The position numbers were made by a program, and so were the translations under genes. The notes under the pieces are model-generated. The model was not told the origin of the DNA, made no database searches, and was given only the letters and a program-made list of their open reading frames with translations. This document shows positions 20,094 to 30,889 of a stretch of 64,000 nt of DNA, piece after piece. The stretch's first letter is position 1. Each line of letters opens with the position of its first letter. This stretch comes from Alphaproteobacteria bacterium (GTDB lineage Bacteria; Pseudomonadota; Alphaproteobacteria; UBA828), in contig CAXXVO010000007.1 in assembly GCA_963422645.2 (NCBI GenBank), forward strand, positions 64,001 to 128,000, given 5' to 3'.

Positions 20094-21070
20094 ATGCCAA
20101 CCGGGTCCAGGCAGCCCCGCGCCGAGCGGAACGAGCAATTCGTGGGCTACCACCAGGCCCTCGTTCCCGAGCCAGACGAGGAGTTGACCCAGGTCGGCCG
20201 CGGGACGCCAGGCGGCGAGTATCTGCGGCGCTTCTGGCATCCCGTGGCCATGTCCTCGGAGGTCGTGGACCGCGCCGATGGCGGCACGGAGGGCGTACCC
20301 GTTCCCGTCCGCATCCTGGGCGAGGATCTGATCCTGTTCCGCAACAGGCGGCGCGAAGTTGGTCTGCTGCATCGCCACTGCAGCCACCGCGGCACCTCGC
20401 TCGAATATGGCAAGGTGACAGAACACGGGATCCAGTGCTGCTATCACGGTTGGCACTTCGGGACCGACGGCACGATCCTGGAGACGCCGGGTCTGCCCGA
20501 AAGCAGCAAGATCAGGCACACCGTGCGTCACGGCGCCTACCCGGTGCGGGAATACCGGGGACTGATCTTTGCCTATATGGGCCCGCCGGCTGAAGTGCCG
20601 GAGTTCCCGCGTCCGGAGATCTACGAGTATCCCGACACGGAGTATGCGGCTCACTGCTTCCACTTCGCGTGCAACTGGCTCCAGGTGCACGAGAATTGCT
20701 GCGATCCGTTTCACGCGACCTGGTTGCACACCCGGCACAGCGGCGCACAGTTCGTCGAGGCCTGGGGCGCCTATCCAGTGCAGCGCTGGCGCGAAACGCC
20801 GAGCGGCATGATGACTGAGACCACGCGGCGCAGTGGCGAGAATATGTGGTTCGATTCCGTGGACGTCATAATGCCGAATATGCGATGCACCGGCGATCTG
20901 TGGGAGGACGGATCTCAGATCAAGGCGTTCCGGCGTACCGCGCTGACACTCTACGCGGTGCCGATAGACGATACCAATACGCTGTTCATCGGCCTGCGGC
21001 TTTACAACAAGTCGACCGACATGCACGGCAACGGCCGGATGGAACTGTGCGGCCGGGAGACGGCCGACCA
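20094..21070 (+). pseudogene. Rieske non-heme iron oxygenase alpha subunit, copy 1, 5' part (interrupted by the Mu-like element)
   Basis: CSHRG...CCYHGW Rieske motif and ENCCDPFHATWLH iron site; the frame resumes exactly at 43748 once the element and one copy of the duplication are removed. Confidence 0.95.
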
Positions 21071-21213
21071 TGTAGACGGACGAAAGTCGTTGTGAATCGG
21101 GTCAAGGGGTGGAATCAGGCGGAATCGGGCGGAAGGTGGCGGAATCTCAAGGGGATGCGCGGCGGCACGGTGGCGGTGCGGCGGCTGGCGTGCGGACGGA
21201 AGTCTTTGCGAAT
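21071..21213 (+). repeat. Left end with two spaced putative transposase-binding sites
   Basis: CGAAAGTCGTTGTGAAT (about 21081) and CGGAAGTCTTTGCGAAT (21197-21213) are reverse-complement matches to the right-end repeats; GCGGAATC-like 10-bp repeats lie between them. Confidence 0.8.
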
Positions 21214-21437
21214 CGGGCCGTGCAGAGGCCGTGAATTGGCTGGAAACGATGATTTTCGGGGCGTTTCAGGGGTGCTGAAAGGCCCGTAAATCGGTGCGGT
21301 TTCGGGGTATCGGATTCGGCTGGAAAATCCGGTGCGAGGTGCGGGGCGAGGCGCCCGTCCCGCGAGGCTGGCGGCGGCCCGCGCCGGGGCGCTGAATCGG
21401 CTTGAGGTGGCGTGCGGCGGCGCGTAGGGTCGGGCGC

Positions 21438-21506
21438 GACGCCGGAAGCATTCGTAGTCCTCTCATGCCTTCGGGCGAGCGCGGGGTTTACGACCCGCCC
21501 GGCGTC
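21438..21506 (-). other. Structured element abutting the MuF-nuclease stop codon (candidate ncRNA)
   Basis: 8-bp closing stem GACGCCGG/CCGGCGTC enclosing two internal hairpins. Confidence 0.45.
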
Positions 21507-22711
21507 AACCTCCCTCCCCGACAATCCGCTTCAGGCGCCGGCGCGCGGCGTCGAGGTTATGGGGCTGCGCCTTGTGCAGGCTCACGATGTAGGCCTCGTC
21601 GCCACCTGCGGCCGACTTGACGACGGCCTTCCACAGGCGCCCGTCCTCTTCGAGGAAGCCCTGCGCGAAACGGCCGTTGTCCTCCACGAACATCTCCCCT
21701 TGATCGAGGATGCGCTGGACGCGGGCGTAGTCTGCGGGTTCGAGATCGGGGTGTCTCCTGGCCTGCTTTGCGGCGGTTTCTGTGGAGAGGCGGACGGTTC
21801 GGGAGCGTGCGCCGATGGCGCCGCGCACCGGGGCGGAGAGCACGGCCGCGGGCCAGTCGGCGTCGGACCGGCCTTCGAGGTGGTGAGCGGAAGAGCTGCC
21901 CGCGCCAGGGTTTGCCTATGGCGGCGCGTGCGAGGTCGGGGGGCGCGTCGTCGATCTTCTCGATCAGGCGGTTTGCGCTGTCGCGCCCGGGCCGGGCGCG
22001 GCCGACGTTGTGCTGGAAGCCGGGATCGATGCCGAGGGGGACCTGGTGGATGCGGCCGGTGCGGCGGTTCTTCCACGGCCTGGTGCGCCCGGAGAGCGGC
22101 GGCGGGCCTGACGACACTTTATAGCCGTAGCGCTCCAGGTCGTCGTCTCCGAGCTGCTGGACGATGCAGCGGCACTTCCATCCGTTGGGCGGGTAGTGGG
22201 TCTTCCAGAAGGGGTGATCGACGGGAAGGATGGTGCCGTGCCATGCGAGGTGGTCGGGCCTGGTGCGGGCGTCCTGGACGGCGACGTAGCGGAGCCAGGG
22301 CATGGCCTCCCTGAGGCGCTCGATGCGCTCCCATCGGCCGCGGGCGTAGGCCATGCGGATGTTGGTATCGAAGATAATGCGCAGGCGGTGGGCCGAGCCG
22401 AGCTGGACGATGCGCGTCTTGCCGGTGAGGGGATCGGTCATGGGCTGCCTGCCCCACCATCCCTTGCGGACCAGGGTGGGCTGCAGCTCCTTGGCGAAGG
22501 TCTCGAAGGTTGTGCCGTCCGCGATGGCCTTGTCGGCGGCGGTGCGCAGGTCCTGGAGGATGTCGAGCTTCGCGGCCTTGGCGGCGGTGAAGGAGACCAG
22601 GTGCTGCTCGGCATCGGTATCGCGCCAGTCGAAGCCTGTGTGGAAGCCCCTGGCGCGGAAGTGCTCGACGGCCTCTGCGGGGGGTACGTCCAGGATCTCG
22701 GGCGCGGGCAT
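21505..22711 (-). pseudogene. Mu gpF-like minor head protein with a C-terminal BECR/PBECR-like nuclease domain; +1 frameshift near 21886
   Basis: RLRIIFDTN, D.RTRPDH, PPNGWKCRC (MuF); tail VRLS.ETAAKQ..RHPDL..DY...KAVVK...YIVSLHK continues in another frame after TTC CGC T CAC CAC. Confidence 0.8.
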
Positions 22712-24198
22712 CAGCCCTCGCCCTCGTCGAGGCCTGCGTCGCCGGAGAGGCGGGCGGAGAATGCGGTGCGGCGGAGGCGGCGGGCGATGCGGTCTGCGTT
22801 CATGTTCTCCCAGAGCTGGCGCTCGTCGAGCGCGGCACGGAAGCGGCCGAGGCTGTCGGCGTTCTCTGCGGCGCCGAGCACGGGGGCGACGACCGGCTCC
22901 ATGAGGGGCTGCCAGTCTGCGGCGATCGCGTCCACGGCGTCGTCGATGGCGTCGTCGTCCTGCTGCGCCGGCTCGGCGAGGCGCGCGGGGCGGGGATCGC
23001 CGCCTGGCGTCGGGGGCGCGTCGGGGGCTTTCTCCCATTCTCCGCCGTAGACCTGCTCGACATGGGCGGGGGTGGGGCGGAGGCCCGAGGTTCGGGCGAC
23101 GGTCTCCTCGCGCCTGGCGCGGGCCACGAGGTCCTCGGGGGGCGCGGTGTTGCGGGCGAGTTCGGGCACGTCTGCGCCGGGGAAGTTCCATTGGGTGAGC
23201 CAGGCGGCGACGGAGTTGCGCAGCGCGGCGGAGAGCCGTCGGGCGTCGGCGGCGACGAGGCGCTCCAGCACCTTGGCCTGGACTTCGGCGGTGCCGCGCC
23301 AGGGTCCGATCTCGGAGGTTGCGCGCTGGCCGAGGACGGCGTCCGCGATCATGCCGTCGAGGGCTGCGACGAAGGCGCCGTAGTCGCCGCCGGCGCGGCG
23401 GGCCGAGTCGAGCAGCCTGAGTTCCTGGCCTTCGGGGATGACGAGGCCGGCGCCTCCGGCCATGGCGCGCTGGGCCTGGAGCATCGTCTCGATCTCGGCC
23501 GCCGGCGCGTCGCGGCGGACGGTGCCGATGGCGGTGGGGCTGCCGAACTTCTCGAGCGCGACCGCCCACATGCGCACAGCCTGGCGCTTGAGCCAGACCG
23601 GCCAGAGGCACCACTGTGCGGCGCCGGGGCCGTGGGGCTGGCCGCCGTGGCTGCGGGGCTGGGCGAGCACGACGAACTTGGCGGGCGGGAGTTCGGCGCC
23701 GCGCGGGTTCTCGCGGGTAACGAGCAGCGGGGTTCCGTCCCTGCGCCAGCGGAAGCGGGCGGGGTCGCGGACCTTGAGATCGGCGAGGCGGACGCGGGCG
23801 CCGTCGATCTCCCAGATGCACTCGGCGATGCTGTATCCGTACCAGGCGGCGTGGAGGAGTTCGCGGGAGATGCGGTCGATCCCGATCCCGCCGAACTGGT
23901 CCGCGAGGTCCCCGGCGGCCTGTCTGTCGCGGCGCATCGGGCCGCCGGGTTCGATATCGAGGGGGGCGGCCGTGACGGCGTCGAGGCGCTGGTCGAGGAC
24001 GGCGCGGGCGTGGGGGTCGCGGAGCGCGGCCTGTGCGGCCGCGATCCCGGTGGGATCGGCCTGCCACTGGCGGGGGTCGGCGCCGAGCGCCGGGTCGCTG
24101 TCGAGCCAGGGGAGGACGAGCTCGCCGATGCCGCCGATGCCGGCCTGCGGGCCTGCGATCTCGGCGGTCCCGGGACGTGCGGGGGCGGGCGCGGCCAT
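22711..24198 (-). CDS. Mu-like portal protein (DUF935 / gp29 family)
   Basis: AAWYGYSIAECIW, PAKFVV, ALEKFGSP, AVLGQ; located between terminase and F. Confidence 0.92.
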   Translation of the reverse strand: MAAPAPARPGTAEIAGPQAGIGGIGELVLPWLDSDPALGADPRQWQADPTGIAAAQAALRDPHARAVLDQRLDAVTAAPLDIEPGGPMRRDRQAAGDLADQFGGIGIDRISRELLHAAWYGYSIAECIWEIDGARVRLADLKVRDPARFRWRRDGTPLLVTRENPRGAELPPAKFVVLAQPRSHGGQPHGPGAAQWCLWPVWLKRQAVRMWAVALEKFGSPTAIGTVRRDAPAAEIETMLQAQRAMAGGAGLVIPEGQELRLLDSARRAGGDYGAFVAALDGMIADAVLGQRATSEIGPWRGTAEVQAKVLERLVAADARRLSAALRNSVAAWLTQWNFPGADVPELARNTAPPEDLVARARREETVARTSGLRPTPAHVEQVYGGEWEKAPDAPPTPGGDPRPARLAEPAQQDDDAIDDAVDAIAADWQPLMEPVVAPVLGAAENADSLGRFRAALDERQLWENMNADRIARRLRRTAFSARLSGDAGLDEGEG

Positions 24199-24201
24199 GG
24201 G

Positions 24202-25407
24202 CTATCGCCAGCCGTTCAGGGCGGAGAGGGGGGAATGGACGACGCCGAGTTCGGTGTCGATGCGGTAGCCGGTATCGCCGTCGAAGGGGGAGCCCGGCAT
24301 GTCATGGACGGCGTGGCGGCCCTCGCCGATCCAGGCCTGGAAGGGGCCGGATGCCTGCGAGGCCGAGAGGCAGGCGAGCGCGAGCGCCCAGAAGCGGTCG
24401 GCGTGGCCGTCGGTGCCCGAGCGCTCGGCGACCAGGCGGGGCGAGCCGGTGGGTCCGGCCTCGGCGCGCACGGCGTGGAGGTCGCGGCGCAATGCCTCGT
24501 CTGCGGGGAGGCGCAGGCGCTTGTCCTCCATGGCCTCGCGCAGCGCGGTGGCGGCATCCAGCCGGCGCGGGCCGGTCATGAGCACGCCCTCGACCCGCAG
24601 CGTGCCGTGGTCCTCCTGCCACTGCTCGACCACGGCCTCGCCCATGCCGGTCTGGTCGACCGCGATGCGGAGCGGGCGGTAGCGTTCGGCGAGGCCGCGC
24701 ACGATCCTGCGCTGCTCGCTGAACGGGATGCCCTGGCGGGCGACGATCTCGCGCACCCAGAGCGCGTCGGCGGCCTTCTCGATGACGGCGGCGACCCAGA
24801 GATCGCGGCGCCGCGCCACGTCGACGCCGATCCAGGTGCTCCCGCCGGCGTGGCGCACAGGATCGCCCGCGTCCGGGTGCTCGCGCTCGCGGATCAGGTC
24901 CCATGCGAGCCAGGCGCCGGTCCCTGCACTGGGCACGCAGTCGAGCTCCTCGGCGCCCCGGTGGCCGTAGGTGCGCCGGATCCCGGCCTCCCATTCGGCC
25001 TCCGCCCCGGGCGAGTACTCCTTGCCCGTCACCTCGAAGATGCGCCGGCCCAGCCCTTCTGCGACGGCCCGGCGGAAGGGGATGCTGTGGACCGACCCCG
25101 GCTGGCGGCCCTCGCGCACGTCGCGCAGCAGCAGGTTGAAGGGGCTGGCCTCGCCGTTGTGGGTCGAGATCACATGGACCCGCCCGCCCCACGTGAGGAA
25201 GGCGAGCGCGGCCTTGAGCACCTCGCCCAGGTCGTCGACGAAGGCGGCCTCGTCGATTATCGCCCGGTCTCCGGGGCGTCCCCTGGACCTGAGCGCGCGC
25301 GGCGCGCTGGTCATCGACGTGATGGTCTTCCCCGAGGCGAGCTGGATGCGGAACACCTGCACGGCCCTGGCATTGCCGGCATCGATGACGCTCTCGCCGA
25401 TGGCCTG
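24202..25407 (-). pseudogene. Terminase large subunit (Mu gp28-like), 5' truncated
   Basis: Walker B AIIDEAAF, ISTHNG, nuclease motif GVDVARRRD, GHADRFWALALA; no Walker A or start codon; joined out of frame to an upstream gene fragment. Confidence 0.85.
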
Positions 25408-25493
25408 CGGTCGGAACACATCTCGCGGACGCCGATGCCGTAGTGCGCCGCGACATGGCTCTGGATCAGGCCGATCGACGGGTAGTCGCTCAT
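25408..25493 (-). pseudogene. N-terminal fragment of a DnaA C-terminal-HTH-like protein
   Basis: MSDYPSIGLIQSHVAAHYGIGVREMCSDRR resembles the start of DnaA domain IV; ends at the deletion junction. Confidence 0.55.
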
Positions 25494-26374
25494 GCGGGGA
25501 TATTCCCCGGCGGGAACGTGCCTCCGTCCGCGCGCGCGAAGACGCGCCGGCAGTGCCCGGGGCACCAGGACCGGCCCGGCGCGCGCGGTGCCCCGCACCA
25601 CGCGGGAAAGCCCGGGTCGCCCGGCTCGTCCTCGATCCAGAGGCAGCCGCCGGGCGGCGCGGGCTGCGCCTCGGGCACGTCAGCTTCCGGCTCCCCGGAC
25701 GAGGGGTCGGAAAGTGACGCAGCCTCGGGAGTCCCGGAATGGGTATCGTGCCCATTCTCCGCCGGCGCCGGCGGTCCATCGGGTGCGGCCGCCCCGACCG
25801 CCGGCGCGCGGCGCCGGCGCCGCCTCTCGCCGCCTTCCCACAGTCCGAGCCGGTGGATCTGGCCGTTCACGCTATTGGGCGAGCGCTCGAGCAGCCCGGC
25901 GATGTCGGCGTGGTGATCGCCGGCGGCGTAGCGCTCGCGCAGGACGCGGGTATCTTCCTCCGACCAGCGTTGCGTCAGTCGCTTCCGCTGGGTGGTGGGC
26001 CGGATGCGAGGTCCTGTCTCAACTGCGGGATCGTCTGCCGCATCGGCATCGTGTCTATTGCACCCGGCGCATGGCTCGAGGCCGCAATCGGCCGCGCCGG
26101 GATCCTGCTCGGTGGGGACCGCGCCGGCGCCGGCGTCGCCAAGGGGCGAATCGTCGGCCGGGCCATGCGCAGGGCGCATGTCGCGCGGCTCAGCCACGGG
26201 CGGCTCGTCCCCGGGCTGCGGCGTCACCGCCGCGAGGCTGCGCTCCAGCCATTGCCGGAAGGTGCGGTCGCCGAGCTCGGCGCCGAGGCGCCGGCGCAGC
26301 ATGTCGCGCTTGTCGACGAGGTCGGCCGTCAGCACCGGCGCGTCGGCGTCCGGCGCCGCAGCGGGGGCGCTCAT
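25490..26374 (-). CDS. GcrA-like regulator with an N-terminal DnaA_N-like segment
   Basis: LGAELGDRTFRQWL; WSEEDTRVLRERY.AG...DIA..L..SPNSVNGQIHRLGL; C-terminal CLWI...WCG...SWCPGH. Confidence 0.75.
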   Translation of the reverse strand: MSAPAAAPDADAPVLTADLVDKRDMLRRRLGAELGDRTFRQWLERSLAAVTPQPGDEPPVAEPRDMRPAHGPADDSPLGDAGAGAVPTEQDPGAADCGLEPCAGCNRHDADAADDPAVETGPRIRPTTQRKRLTQRWSEEDTRVLRERYAAGDHHADIAGLLERSPNSVNGQIHRLGLWEGGERRRRRRAPAVGAAAPDGPPAPAENGHDTHSGTPEAASLSDPSSGEPEADVPEAQPAPPGGCLWIEDEPGDPGFPAWCGAPRAPGRSWCPGHCRRVFARADGGTFPPGNIPA

Positions 26375-26595
26375 GCGGCGTCCTCCGGGTGCAGCAGCGC
26401 GACCACGTTCCCGCCCTTTGCGACCTCGCCCCGGGAGAGCGGGCCGGGACCGGCCGCGCGCTCCCAGGCCGCCAGGCGCTCCGCGATGTCCTCGATGCCG
26501 TCGCAGAACAGCAGCCAGAGCTCCGGGGAGCAGGTCCCGCCGGCGATCTCGTAGCGGACGCTGCGCAGCGCGTTGCGGAGATCGTCGGACAGCAT
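26371..26595 (-). CDS. Hypothetical phage protein
   Basis: Overlapping start and stop codons with neighbours in the early operon. Confidence 0.55.
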   Translation of the reverse strand: MLSDDLRNALRSVRYEIAGGTCSPELWLLFCDGIEDIAERLAAWERAAGPGPLSRGEVAKGGNVVALLHPEDAA

Positions 26596-26890
26596 CACGC
26601 TGCCTCCCCGGCGCGCTCGCGCCCGTCCCCGTCGCCGCCGTGGTTCTCCTGCTCGGCAACCGCCTCGGCGGCGACCGTGAGACTGTCCGCGTCGATGCGC
26701 TCGCGGCCCTCGGCGCGGGCCAGCTTCCACGCCTCGGTCAGCACCCGGCGCAGCGTGTGCAGCCCGCCCTTGCCCCGCGCGGCCCTGACCAGGGCCCTGA
26801 GCTCGGCCTTGCCGGGCCTGCGGCCCAGAGGCCCCGCCGCAGCGATGGCGGCCACGTCCCCTTCCGCCAGGCGCCTGAGTGGGGTCGTGC
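26595..26890 (-). pseudogene. C-terminal fragment of a MuB-like AAA+ transposition ATPase
   Basis: GDVAAIA...ARGKGGLHTLRRVL..A..LA resembles the AAA+ lid; lies directly after the transposase fragment. Confidence 0.6.
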
Positions 26891-26957
26891 ACCGCCCCCG
26901 CAGCGCCCGCACACGGGGCCTGCACGGGCGTTGCGGGGGCCATGCGCAAGAGCGGCT

Positions 26958-27371
26958 TCAGAGCCATTCCGGCGGCGCCCCGCGTTGGAAGCGATCGTCG
27001 AGCAGGGAGACCAGGCGCGCAATCGGCCTGCGACCGCAATAGCGACGCCGCCACTTTCCGACCGTCCCCGCCGACAGGCCTGTCTCACGTCCGCCCGCGG
27101 CGTCGGCGTGGTACAGCGGAAAACCGCGCGCCACCGCACGCATCGATGCCTCCACGGCACTCAATCGTGTCCGTGCCGCATCCCGTGCCTCCTGCGGCGC
27201 CGTGTCCCAGATCCGCTGCCACGCGGCCGCCCGCTCGATGTCGATGGGATCGATCCATGCGGTTCGCATCGGAACCGCGGCGTTCCGTTCGTCGCCACAG
27301 ACGGTCGAAGCATCGCGATACGCCTGCGTGGCGATCCGGGCGCCGCCCTTCCGGGTCAGCTCGCCGGTCAT
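26958..27371 (-). pseudogene. N-terminal HTH fragment of a MuA-like transposase
   Basis: AR.AARTRL.AV...GLSAGTVGKWRRRY...LLDDR..RG, then a stop; no DDE domain. Confidence 0.55.
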
Positions 27372-28129
27372 GGCTCGCCCGCCAGATGCTCCAGCGCCGG
27401 CTGGATCTCGTCCTGAAGAACCGTTTGCGCCCCCTCGATGCGGGCGTCGATCGCCGCCTCCAGACGCGCCGCCAGCGCACGCCGCTCCGCCGGCGGCATC
27501 CCCGCGGCATCGCGCGATGCCTGTGCGATCCGACCCATCACGGCCCGCAGGACCGGATCGATCTCGTCCATGAGAGCCGCCACGGCGCGCTCGTCCGCGC
27601 CCGCCCCGCCCGCCTCCGGGCCCTCGATCGGCGCCAGCGCCGCCGCCGCGTCGGCGTGCCGCGCGCGCAGCGCAGCGCCCGCCTTGCCGAACTCCCGGCG
27701 GATATCCCGCGCCAGACCGTACTGGGCACTGCGGTGCATCGCCCGGATCTCCGACGACCGCGACGCCTCGACAGCGACCTTCGTCATGCGTCTGGCGGCG
27801 CCGGCGGCCACTCGTTGCTCGGCATCGATCCGGTCGCGCATCCGGTCCGCTGCGTCCCGCGCCCTGGCAGGATCGGTCGGCTTGCAGCCGCCGCACCGCG
27901 CCTCCCGAACTGCCTCGCGCACCCGCTTGTCAATCGGCTTTCAATACTGACCCCCGATCGGCGTGCAAAATTGACCCCCCTGAGTGGCACGGCGGAGGTT
28001 GTCCCGGTAGCCAATAGGGGGGACCCGCGCGGCTTCGTGTGGCGCCCTGCGCTACGCGGAGCGAAGCCGCGTGGGGGGTCCCTGTTGGCCCACCGGGGCA
28101 ACCGGGCCGCAAGGGAGGCCGGCGGCGGG

Positions 28130-28858
28130 TCAGGAGCGGTTCTTGAAGCGCCAGCTCTCGTTGCCGGTCTCGATGATCTCGCAATGATGGGTGAGGCGAT
28201 CGAGCAGCGCTGTGGTCATCTTGGGGTCGCCGAAGACGGATGGCCATTCGCCGAAGGCGAGGTTTGTGGTGATGACGATCGAGGTGCGCTCGTAGAGCCG
28301 GCTCATCAGATGGAAGAGCAGCTGCCCACCGGCCTGGGCGAAGGGCAGGTAGCCGAGCTCGTCGAGGATGACGAAGTCGCGGCGGACGAGCTGGTCTGCA
28401 GTGCGGCCCTGGCGTCCGGCGCGAAGCTCGGCCTCGAGGAGGTTGACCAGGTCGACGACGTTGTAGCACCGGCCGCGCGCGCCCTTGCGGATGCAGGACC
28501 GCGCGATGGCGACGGCGAGATGGGTCTTGCCGGTACCGGTGCCGCCGACCAGCACGATGTTGCGTTTGCCCTCGAGGAAGCCGCCGCCGGCGAGCTCCTG
28601 GATCAGGGGCTCGTTGACCGGCGAGGCGGCGAAGTCGAAGTCGGCCAGCTCCTTGACCGTCGGCAGCTTGGCGGAGGCCATCTGGTACTTGATCGAGCGG
28701 GCCCTCTTGTCGGCGATCTCGACCTGCAGCAGCGTACCGATGATCTGTTGCACCGGATGGCGGCGCTTGAGCCCGTCGGCAAGGATGTCGTCGTAAGCGG
28801 CGCGCATACCTGCGAGCTTCAGCTGGGTCATCATCTCCAGCACATCATGACGCTCCAT
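28130..28858 (-). CDS. istB: IS21 helper ATPase IstB
   Basis: [31 protein letters not shown]. Confidence 0.96.
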   Translation of the reverse strand: MERHDVLEMMTQLKLAGMRAAYDDILADGLKRRHPVQQIIGTLLQVEIADKRARSIKYQMASAKLPTVKELADFDFAASPVNEPLIQELAGGGFLEGKRNIVLVGGTGTGKTHLAVAIARSCIRKGARGRCYNVVDLVNLLEAELRAGRQGRTADQLVRRDFVILDELGYLPFAQAGGQLLFHLMSRLYERTSIVITTNLAFGEWPSVFGDPKMTTALLDRLTHHCEIIETGNESWRFKNRS

Positions 28859-30359
28859 GACCGGCCTCCCTCAGGCTGTCGTAGCGCTGACAGTCGGCTA
28901 CCGGCTTGTGGCGAAGCTGCAGGCCCTCGGGCGTCGGGATGATTGCCGGCGGTGCCGGCTGGCGCTGCCGGGCGAGGATGTTGAGCACCACGTCGGCGCT
29001 GCAGGCACCGCAGTCGAGCGTCTCGGCACAGGCCGCCTCAACCGCCTCCAGTCCGTCCTCCAGCACCGCCGCGAGCACCTTGACGAACTGCCGGTCGCCG
29101 TCGTCGTGGCCCGCGAGCCGGGTTCGCAGGCGGCCGAGCGCGTTGGGCAACTGCCAGTCCTTGAAGGGCGCGCCATTGCGTAGCGCGCCGGGCTTCCGCG
29201 TCAGGATCGGCACGTAATGCCACGGATCGTAGACGAACCGGCCGCGCCCGAAGCTGCGGGGGTGCTCGGCAACGGTCTCGCCGTCCTGGCGGATGACGAT
29301 CCGATCGGCATAGGCCCGCACGTCCACCGGCCGGCCGACGGCGCGGGCCGCGACGCTGTACTGGTTGTTGTCGAAGCGCACCAGACAGGTCTTCGAGACC
29401 GACACCTCGCTGGCATGGAAGCCGTCGAAGGGGCCGCGATACGCCATCAGGAAGGGCTGCTCCTCCTCGAACACCTGCCACACCGTCTTGCCCGGGATTG
29501 TCGGATGCGGATGCTTCTTGGCGTCCTCGATGCACCGATCCATCAGCCACTCGTTGATCTCGGCGTAGGAGCGGCCCCGCGGGATGGGCACGAACAGGCG
29601 GCCGCGAAGGTCACCCACCTGCTTCTCGACCTGCCCCTTCTCCCAGCCAGCCCCTGGCGTGCACGCCACAGGCTCCACCAGATGGTGCGAGCACAGCTCC
29701 TGGAAGCGGCGGTTGTAGTCCCGCTTCTTGCCCACGAAGATCGTGCTCACCGCCGTCTTCATGTTGTCGTAGATGCCCCGCCGGCAGACCCCGCCGAAGA
29801 AGCGGAAGGCACGCTCGTGCGCCTCGAAGACCATCTCCTGGCTCTCGCGGGGAAAGATCTGGACCAGATACATCCGGCTGTGGCACAGCCGCATGTGCGC
29901 CGCCTTCACCCTGGTCGTCGCGCCCGACAGACGCGCGTACTCGTGGCTCCAGTCGAACTGGTAGGCCTCGCCGGGATCGAAGATCAGCGGCACATAGGCC
30001 TGCGCCGGCGACAACAGCCGCCACCGGCGCCGCCAGGCCCTGGCATAGCGGCGAACCGCGTCATAGCCGCCCTTGTAGCCCAGCGACACAAGGTCTTCAT
30101 GAATCCGCAGAAGAGACAGCCGATCCTTGCGTGCCTTCTTCTCGTTGGCCTTCAGCTGGCGCTCAAGCTCCTCCACCCACAGCCCAAGCTTCGGCATCGG
30201 CTGGATCTTGCGCTCGTAGCTGTGCGAGGTCGCATCGCCCCGCACCACCTTGCGTATCGTGTTCTTGGAAACCCTCAAATCCCGGGCGAGCTTCTTGATC
30301 GGAACGCCCTTCACCAGATGATCCCGACGGATCTTCGCGATCGTTTCCACAACCAGCAT
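28845..30359 (-). CDS. istA: IS21 transposase IstA
   Basis: [27 protein letters not shown]. Confidence 0.96.
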   Translation of the reverse strand: MLVVETIAKIRRDHLVKGVPIKKLARDLRVSKNTIRKVVRGDATSHSYERKIQPMPKLGLWVEELERQLKANEKKARKDRLSLLRIHEDLVSLGYKGGYDAVRRYARAWRRRWRLLSPAQAYVPLIFDPGEAYQFDWSHEYARLSGATTRVKAAHMRLCHSRMYLVQIFPRESQEMVFEAHERAFRFFGGVCRRGIYDNMKTAVSTIFVGKKRDYNRRFQELCSHHLVEPVACTPGAGWEKGQVEKQVGDLRGRLFVPIPRGRSYAEINEWLMDRCIEDAKKHPHPTIPGKTVWQVFEEEQPFLMAYRGPFDGFHASEVSVSKTCLVRFDNNQYSVAARAVGRPVDVRAYADRIVIRQDGETVAEHPRSFGRGRFVYDPWHYVPILTRKPGALRNGAPFKDWQLPNALGRLRTRLAGHDDGDRQFVKVLAAVLEDGLEAVEAACAETLDCGACSADVVLNILARQRQPAPPAIIPTPEGLQLRHKPVADCQRYDSLREAGHGAS

Positions 30360-30889
30360 CTCCCCCACCACCCCGTCCGTCCAAACGACGAGGTGTGTTC
30401 ATGGACACAAATCCAAGGGGGTCAATTTTGGACGCCGATCACCCCCAATAGGGGGTCACTTTTCCACGCTTAACAACACCCGCTCGCGCGGCCAGCCGCC
30501 GGCCTCCGCCTCATCCAGAATGCGCTCGGCCGTCTCCGCGTCGAGCGCCGCAACCTCGGCATGAGACGAAAAGCTGACACCCGCCCGACGGCGCGCCGGA
30601 TCCTCGAAGCGCCGGGCAACGCCCGCGCAGTGATAGAGCGTCTTGCGCGCAATCCCGATCTCGGCGGCCGCGACCGTCAGATCGCCCCAGCGACGCTCCC
30701 CATGCCGCGACCAGTCGCCCAGATGCCATCCCGAAATATCCCGCCGGCGGGATATTTCCTTGCCAAGAGCCAACCAGTCGTCACGCCCGAGAGCGTCGTC
30801 AAGCGCCAGCCCGGGCGCCGTCGCGCGCCCGGCGGCCGCCGCATCGTCGGCAGGCTTGACGCCCACAACCCGAAGATCGGGCCGCTCGC

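Larger units (their letters stand above)
27928..30478 (-). mobile_element. IS21-family element (2551 bp)
   Basis: TG...CA ends with repeated TGACCCCC motifs; 6-bp duplication CCCGCT (27922-27927 and 30479-30484). Confidence 0.93.

Noticed and set aside
21557-24067. 836-aa ORF
   Set aside because: Only 22711 to about 21887 is MuF; the rest is an Arg/Pro-rich shadow frame over the portal gene and post-frameshift sequence
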